Assembly: GCF_902459465.1 (NCBI RefSeq) | Contig: NC_047080.1 | Span: 12,462,001-12,526,000, forward strand | From: Asterias rubens | Taxonomy: Eukaryota | DNA: 64,000 nucleotides | Reading direction: 5' to 3' | Shown: piece by piece, positions 56,158 through 64,000 of the stretch | Layout: each line of letters opens with the position of its first letter | How positions within the stretch are numbered: position 1 is the first letter of the stretch | Translations under genes and position numbers: made by a program | Notes under the pieces: model-generated | Seen by the model: the letters and a program-made list of their open reading frames with translations, nothing else | Told to the model about the DNA's origin: nothing | Databases searched by the model: none

Positions 56158-59100
56158 ATGAAGTTCTTTCATCAGCTTCAAGTTCTTCTGTGGAAGAACT
56201 TCGTGTTGAAGAAGAGAAGTCCTGTAAGTTAACGCATTCTGTTTCCCCACGCTCTCGTTTGTTTGTGAAGTATTAAATTTGGCTGGATAGGCTTTCTCCG
56301 GCAAAGACCAAATATCCACTTCCTTAGGCCCCCTATGCCTTTTTATTTTTATTCACTGTAAGATTCTAAAACAAAGAACTTGGCTCGATTTATTTCACAA
56401 GCACTGTAACACAGTTCATTTTAAGATTAGTTGTGGTATTGCCATACTACGGGTAGTGATTTGTATTGTGACACGTCACACTTTGCTTTGCAGTTAAGAT
56501 TGATTCACACTTGACATGAAATAAGCCCTTTGTGAAATTGCCTTCTCTGGACCAAAATGCATAGCACTGATTATTGCCTGTTTTCATGGAATTTCCATTT
56601 CAATCATAGCGCTGCAAAATGTTAAGAAAAGGCACAAGAATTGTTCAAATTGGTGGTATGCAACTAGGGCTGGATGGCCTTGTAATCGGGCATTTGTAGC
56701 CATATAGGTGTAGTCCCCAATTCAGATAGGGCATAACTCATAGATTTTGCAACCATGTTGGCTTGAGTTTTACCCAAATAATCAAAATACCCATAACATG
56801 TACACTTCTGATATTTATTCCAGGTGACAACGATATTTGAAACCCTCATCCCGTTGGTGCTGTTTGTTATACTCCTCTTCATTCGAAGGAAGCAGCCATC
56901 AATACCTGTGGGTCAAAGTAAGTCATGATCTTTGACACCAAATCCCTGACCCACACTATAAATGGTTACAATGTCCAGGAACTACATGACTAGTGTTAAG
57001 GGGAGCCCTAGGTTATGTTTTAAATGTACGCATCCCCTTTAAAAGGTGATCTCTTTCCTGCTTCTTCCAAGGTTGTATTTTAAACTTGGGTGTGATCCCT
57101 GGCTACACGGGCCCGGGAGCTAACAGTCTGCCTGGCACCCCCTACCAAGATATTGGCAGAGTAGGGAAACCACCGACAGTAGGGTTAGATAGCTCAATTA
57201 CTGGTAGAGTGCCGGTTATTAAATTCAGAGGTTGTGGGCTTAAATCCTGCCAAGTTTTATTTGAGCTTTTCTGTGACATTTTCCCCTGTTGTTGTTGGTT
57301 TGTTGTTGTTGTTATTTTTCCCACTGCAATGAGACTATTGCTTTCCGATATCAGTCTGATTTTGTATTCTCTCCCCCCCTCCCTCCCCCCAGCCTACTTC
57401 TCAGCGATGCCACTACCATCCTCTGGAATCATTCCTGTTTTACAGACGTTCTGTCCGTCGTATGAAAGGGACCCGTTTGGATTCCCTAATCATCCAAACT
57501 CTGGGTAAGAACCTCCTCTTTCTATCCAAAAAAACAATGTCTACAAGTAGTGACCCCTAAATTTGCCTTTTATAAAGCAAAATGGAGGGTTAACAAAAAG
57601 TTAATGATGCATAACCTTGACTAGCGTTAATTCATCAGCATAATATTTTGGTTTGGGTTCATTCCACTCCTTAACTTGCAGATTCAAATTTGCCTGTTTA
57701 GTTTAGTTGTGACCAAATGGTCCAAGTAGTTCATTGACCCTTACAGTCACAATTTCTTCTATTCAATTGTCATGAAGTGAAGGATTTAGAAGGACTGGGG
57801 CTTGTAGGCCCATTAATCAAATCCACAGTGTCAGAATTCCATAGATTTGCTTCATGTATAAGCACACAAGTCAAATAGTAGTGGAGCACAGAACACTTTT
57901 GCTTTTTAATAAAGGTTAAGTTTGCATTGGTTTTTGCTCTGAAACTGATCTATATTAAGCAGACTCAGTACTTTTCTGAGGTTTGTGATCTTTTGTTAAA
58001 GTCAAACTAGCATCTGTGACTGTGTTTTTTGTTATTAAGCAGAACATGTTTCAGAATTTGTTTTCTGCCCATGATGTTTTCAACTTTAACCCACAAATGA
58101 GGGTTTATTGAGGCAAGAAAGATGTCTGACATAGCCCAGAACACTATTGTGTCTTATCTTATCATGTTGACCTTGTAGCTTCAATATTCAGAGGTCAAGT
58201 TTCATTGTTCTGTCAGAAATGTCCGCGATTACATTTCATGGTATGTGTTGTTTTTGGTCTGAAAGCCTAACAATCAGACAACAATGAATATCCTTCAAGA
58301 CCTTCTTGGTTTCATGTTTTCTACAACTATGAAGGGGACTGAAAATACAATGCATTCAAACTGTCAAAGTGTTCAAAAGTGGGGGAAGAAAATCTCAGAA
58401 ACTACATGTAGCTTATGAAATATTTAACTGCTCACTCTTTCAAGAAAATAGAATAAATATACATACATAAGTAAATTATTTTTTGTAAATAGAAATAAAT
58501 TAAAATCTATACTGTCAGACAACTCTGCGAAATCTAGAGCCAGCGAAACATGATGTTATACTCCCTCCCATACATATTGTGTTGGTTTTTAGAACTGTCT
58601 GGGGGGGGGGGGAGGTGGCTTCCTTCTCAATGCCCTAAAACAGGCTCTCAAGGTGAATGCCATAATAATAATGAGAAAAGAGGTTGGTAAGAGAAAGAAA
58701 ATATTTATAACAAAAGTTTCAGAGTGGAGCATAATTTAAATCAGGTCTTAGTTAAACTCATTTTCCTCAGACATTTTCTGCTTAGTAAAAACCTCACAGA
58801 TGATGTGTGTGGAATTGTTACATGTTTAATGTAGGCAGACTCTCTGTTATTTACCTCCTTGTTAAATTATGTTGGCAGCTCTGGTATAGCAAAAAGTACA
58901 ACGACAACGATAACTAATTGTTTCATCAGCCATGTTGAATTCCATTTGTGACAGTGTCCTTAAAAATAAATACATTCCACACTGCAATTAAACAATTCTG
59001 TTTCCATAATGATTCTTTCAACATCTCTTGGACAGCTGGAACCCCCCCCCCCCAACCCCAAACTGCAAAACATGTCCCATATGCCTATTTTAAATGTCAT

Positions 59101-62100
59101 GTGTCAATCCAGGACAATTTATTGTGCATATTGAGAGAGAGAGAGCTACAATTGTAGGTACATTGCATATTGATCGTACACAAGTCAGATGCATACACAC
59201 AAGGCCATTACCAATGTGTTGTTACTTAGGACCTACATGTACTGTGTCTGTGCAAATAATCTGTAGTGTAGGTCTCTGCTGAAAATGCCTGAAACTCTGC
59301 AATAATGTGCATTGTAGGCTGTAGTAGATGCATTACATTTGCCATTACATGCCTGAAACTCTGCAATAATGTGCATTGTAGGCTGTAGTAGATGCATTAC
59401 ATTTGCCATTACATGTTCTACAGTTCCTTCAGAGAAGATGCAACATTTGCTATCCATAGCATACATTGTACAATACAAGATGCTAACATGAATACATACT
59501 ATGCAGTCAGGGCTCAAAATTTACACTGGTCCCAAGCCTGAGGCCAGTGATTTTAGCATTGGACCAGTTTTAACTCATAGACTTTACAAGTCCAGCAGTT
59601 AAGTATTTTTGTTCAACTGCTGACTTTAAATCTGATAAATTCTATTCAATTCTGTTGGGTATTGAAGAATACTTACCCACAATACAACTAAGATAAATCT
59701 TGTTAGTGCTTGCATTCAAGTTCAAAAAGTTTAATTATTTTTAACTAAAACAATGTAGTCTAGACCTATGGATTAGGGGTATTCTCAGGGGACTAAGAAC
59801 AGTTTGTTTGTTGCTGAGTGTGTCCCTTCATACTTAGCTCTCCCACAGTTTCAACCAATCTGAGGGGTCAAAACCTCAACCTCCATGCATGAATAGGAAG
59901 AAATTCATCTCTGGGAAACAAACTGTTTCAACCAATCTAAGGGGTCAAAACCTCAAACTCCATGCATGAATAGGAAGAAATTCATCTCTGGGAAACAAAC
60001 TCTACAATCCATGTTAAAGGTAGCATCATAGAATGTTTTTTTTCTTCAGTTTATTATGCTGATTTATAGGCAAAATTCTCAAGAAAAGTACAGTCAAAGT
60101 CACCTCTAAAAAACCTCTAGTCAAGCTGAGAACAAAGTTATTGCAAATGAACTATTTTCATTTGTCATAAAGTGCACCTGGATTCTCAACAGAATATTAT
60201 CAGACTCAAAGACAACATGTTAACATAATTTTGTAAATTAATATAAAGATATTGAATTGAAGAACACAACATTGCTTCATGTCTGGTTGTGAGTTCACTT
60301 GCCTTGTGCTAAAATCACTGGCCTCACCCTCAAACCTACACTCCTGTCTAAATTTCAAGCCCTGTTTAAAAAAGTCTGCAAATTTTCAGCAAGCTTGTGA
60401 GTTGTGAATATTGCTGGCAATCACAGAACGATCCGACTGTCTAGCTTCATTGGAGTAGCCTTGAATATTAAGCATTGGAGCTTGAAATAGACATCAAGTG
60501 TAATGGTTGACCGAATACAGTGAATAAATAAACACATGTTGAAATGATGATGAAACCCTTATTTTGGCTTCTTTTCACTGTAGTGTCATTGTCATCATAC
60601 TAATATGTCTTTATTTGTCTGAATGTTTAATTTGGGCAAGATTCTTTGTTAATGACTATCCAGACAAGACATTTAATATAGTAATTTTGATTGAAAGCCT
60701 AAGGTATGGTACTAATGGTAGTAAGTATCCTACAGAGTTATTTTGTCTGATGTGCCCCTTTCAATTAGAAATCAGAAAAAATATGTCAATAAATTTGTCT
60801 CTCCATATATTGTTCCTCTAAGTCCTTAATGCACCTTTTTTAGGACTAGAAAAAAAAGAGAGGGAAAATTAGGGGATCGGAAAATACAGCAAGCTTCACA
60901 TAACAATACTGACAAAACTAAAATGAACTCATAAACTGTAGACAGATGAGTTAGTATGCGATACTTGAATCAATCAACCGTGACTGCCCCCTTAGCAACC
61001 TTAGATGCTTTTCCACATTTCAGCTGCAGCTACATGGAATGAACAAGCTCTCTGGGCTGTCAGAATATGTAATGTAGTGGAAATAATGAGAAGAGACTTT
61101 CATTTTGAATGTCATATTCTTGAAGGAATAACATGTAATCTTCCCCATGAAAACATTCTCTTGCAATACATGTAATGTCTGAAATAAAAAAACACCAGGG
61201 GTCGATTTCACAAAGAGTTAGGACTCGTCTTATCTCGAGTTAGGACAAGTAACTCGTCGTAACTTAATCTTAAGGTCTGCATGCTACAGTGCAGGGTTGG
61301 GACTCGTCCTAAGTCTTAAGTTAGGAAGAGTTTTGTGAAATCGACGGCAGATTAGTTTCTGTTGCACATTATTTCTCTCAGTCATTGTCAATTGCTAGTT
61401 TGCTACTGAAAAATTGTGACAAAAATCATCAAAATTAGCCTCATCTGGTTGTTTGGTAAACAGTCTTTATACATTTTGGTTTTGATTAACAGTGCAACAA
61501 CAGTTAGTCGTACAAATTTAAATTGGTGTCGAATTTACACTAAATGCGTATGTAACTACACCATGATTGCGTGCACACACAGAATGCATTTACCGGTAAA
61601 GAGAATTTAAAGAGAAACTATGTCATTATTTGTTTAGTCTGGAGTAAATTTACTGCCATCCTCTTGTTTGCTAGACACACACATGCAGGGTTTGAACTTT
61701 ACACTGGGATGCAGGCTTTAGGCCAGTCATTTCAGCGTTGGCCATAAGTATAGTCACAATGCGACAAGTCAAGCAGTCTTGTATTTTTCAATTGAATAAT
61801 ACATCCTCAACAATGCAATTGTTTCAATAATTAATACAAAATCATGTTGACTTTTAAAACAATCTGATAAAAATCTTGTTGTTGAGTGAAAACAATGCAG
61901 ATGGTCACATATTATTGATAAAAATATCAATAATATTAATAATAAGACACAGTTATTAATGTATAGCCCTTCTATCACACTTGAGGGTATATCAAAGTTC
62001 ATGCAGACCTGTCTGTTTATGTTGATACAATAGAATGATATTCTGTAAACAAAAATAACTATTAGTTATTAACCAATTTGGTAATATTTCTTTCTATAAG

Positions 62101-63548
62101 ATAGAAGGGCTGTTTGGTGTGCTGGGCATGAACTTTGGAATCAAGATTTAAGATTTCAATGTGTAATTTGACTTTTAAGAGGGTCTCCCCAAGGTCCAAT
62201 TCAGGTTTTGTGGCGCACTCATTTTCAGAATAGATAGAGTCCTTATTAAAGTGGGGAATAAGCTTTAAGTCTCTTACCTTATGTTCAAATGGTGCAAAAG
62301 ATCATTTTATTTAGTACTCTTTCAGTGGGACATTTGAAAACATGACATCGGCAAAAAGAAATGGGTCTGTACTGCAAAGAGGAATTCTGTGCCAGTCATT
62401 AGCTCAAACTCAATGCCATTTTGATTGAATATCATTCAAATTCTGGAATTAATTTAATATTCTCCAGTACAGCAATAAATGGCAATGAGTGATGTCAGAG
62501 GGATGTCTGGGTGTTTTTTGACACCCTGTTTTAAGTTTAAACACCCCAGGTTTTATCTGTCGTTGAGACATAAAATATATTGTAAGTGGAAAATTTTGAC
62601 ACCCAGTTTTTTATTTTAATAATAATCATAATAATAATAGCCACCATTTATAAAGCGCATAAGCATCGGCATCAATGCGCATGTAAAAAATATATATATA
62701 TATACTTAAGCTACATCAAAATAGACAATCTAAAAATACCTTAAATGCAACACACATTAAAATGTATACAAAAATGAAGGAATAATAAAAGTTAACAAAA
62801 AATAACTGTTGACACTGTCAAACATCAAACACCAAAATACTAAAATCACCGAATATTAAATCAAAAAGGGTAAAGACAATTTGAATACCGTTTTACCAAA
62901 TCTTTTTTTACCAAATCCTGGCTATAGTCTGTCTGTCACTCTACGTATTTATCCCTTGGCTTTCCAGTACAAATGTATATTTATTCAAATTTATCATGGG
63001 ATTCTAACAGTCAAATCCAGACCTTGTTATTTTGTCCAAGGACCAAATAACATGTCTGATAATAATATTGATAATAATAAAACAGCATCTGCTAGATCAC
63101 AAAGACCTATAAATGCAGTTTACAATTTAAATAAAGTTAAATTATACCAAGATACAAATTATTAAATACAATTTATAACAAGGTTAAAAAGTCGGCTTTA
63201 TCTGCCAATTTGTTCATTCTTCCTTCTGTGCCTTTATTTTCCCCACTGTTGTTTGATCATGTTCATAGTAATGTCAGTGTATTTGAGTGTTATGTCAACT
63301 TTACCAATCCAGTATATACCTTGAAATGGTTGTGAATTATTTTGAATGAAAAATGCAAAATAATGTTTTTATGTTTTTCTGTTTCGTCAGGGTTGAAAAT
63401 TTCCTAAACCAACTTGACAAAGTAGTGAAAGAGAATAACCTCTTCAATGATGAGTTCTCATTGGAGCACATAGCTGTAGAACTGGACGCCTTCCATCAAC
63501 TCATAGGAGATGATAGGTCCATAGAGCAACACTTTGTAGATGCCCAAG
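56158..63548 (+). CDS. ABCA2: ABCA2-like ABC transporter, first four coding exons; gene continues beyond the window
   Basis: Exons 56158-56223 (MKFFHQLQVLLWKNFVLKKRSP), 56824-56917 (VTTIFETLIPLVLFVILLFIRRKQPSIPVGQ), 57393-57504 (TYFSAMPLPSSGIIPVLQTFCPSYERDPFGFPNHPNS), 63391-63548 (VENFLNQLDKVVKENNLFND...). The LLWKN..KRR motif is ABCA-typical, and exons 3-4 match ABCA2 as recalled ([39 protein letters not shown]). Acceptor at 56018 gives a 5' UTR portion. Confidence 0.9.
57182..57251 (+). mobile_element. Degenerate tRNA-derived SINE head; similar remnants at ~52915-52975 (+) and ~26935-26960 (-)
   Basis: tagctcaattactggtagagtg A-box-like and gggcttaaatcc degenerate B-box; no complete cloverleaf. 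Confidence 0.5.
59285..59415. repeat. 64-bp tandem duplication in ABCA2 intron 3
   Basis: atgcctgaaactctgcaataatgtgcattgtaggctgtagtagatgcattacatttgccattac twice. Confidence 0.9.
59508..60364. mobile_element. hAT-derived non-autonomous element (~860 bp) with an internal 77-bp duplication
   Basis: Termini cagggctcaaaattta / taaatttcaagccctg and subterminal inverted tgaggccagtgattttagca; internal duplicate at ~59849-60001; TSD not preserved. Confidence 0.6.
61201..61345. mobile_element. MITE related to 8319-8479
   Basis: gtcgatttcacaaa ... tttgtgaaatcgac with ttaggac/gtcctaa subrepeats. Confidence 0.75.
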
Positions 63549-64000
63549 GTTTGTTCAATCTATTGGATTCTAGGCGTTGATTCTATTCTATATGCTAGAA
63601 CAAGAAGAACAGGTTACATAGTTGGCTAATAATTAATCCTACACAAACAAATGTAAATGTGATTCATTAACTTCTGCATCGGACTGGAGTACTAGGGTGT
63701 TGTTGTTTAGAGTGTAACTTCAGGTTTTGGTCATGGCGTTTGTATACTCAGCGAGACGTGATATTTTGGTTTGTGTTTCAATTGGGACTGTAAAGGTTGT
63801 ACGTCTCTTGTGTTGTGATATTGACCTACAAGGAACCAAGTTCTTGTTACAGATTTATATTTTTAAATATATGAATTGTTCAAATTAAATTCAAAGTTTT
63901 AAAAATCAACATGTATTTCCATATTGGTGAAAAAGGAGAATTCAGAACAATAATTTTAAGCCGAAGACAACCAATAACTGGTTGATATTTTTTTTTAATA

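Noticed and set aside
56026-56882. Minus-strand ORFs 56026-56319 and 56664-56882 as a separate gene
   Set aside because: They are antisense shadows of ABCA2 coding exons 1 and 2
57086-57392. N-terminal part of the 140-aa ORF, and a tRNA gene at 57182-57251
   Set aside because: Only 57393-57504 is an ABCA2 exon. The upstream part is intron with a decayed SINE head lacking a proper cloverleaf and B-box.

Overview
AT-rich, intron-containing animal genomic DNA, probably an invertebrate deuterostome such as an echinoderm (inferred from gene structures and repeat types, not proven). Most short ORFs in the track are exon fragments or noise, so I rebuilt genes from GT-AG junctions with consistent phases. 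Five host genes: a stomatin-family gene (minus, runs off the left edge), a KIAA1614-like PDZ scaffold (+), a calcium-binding mitochondrial carrier SLC25A23/24/25 (+), GPR107/108 (minus) and the first four coding exons of an ABCA2-like transporter (+, runs off the right edge). Between GPR107 and ABCA2 is an intact 7-exon, ~972-aa transposase gene. It has a RAG1-type N-terminus (Chapa zinc finger, RING, second zinc finger) and a complete DDE/zinc core that looks Chapaev-like (N-RAG-TP-like) rather than true ProtoRAG. I found no TIRs, TSD or RAG2-like partner, and it sits head-to-head with the GPR107 start, so it is a candidate domesticated transposase. The human homologues of the flanking genes map to the MHC paralogon. 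SLC25 intron 4 carries an antisense Penelope-like retroelement (RT + GIY-YIG) with a candidate 11-bp TSD and a minimal hammerhead ribozyme at its 3' end. The rest holds many MITEs (including TAG...CTA foldbacks with 9-10 bp TSDs), SINE/LINE fragments and minisatellites.
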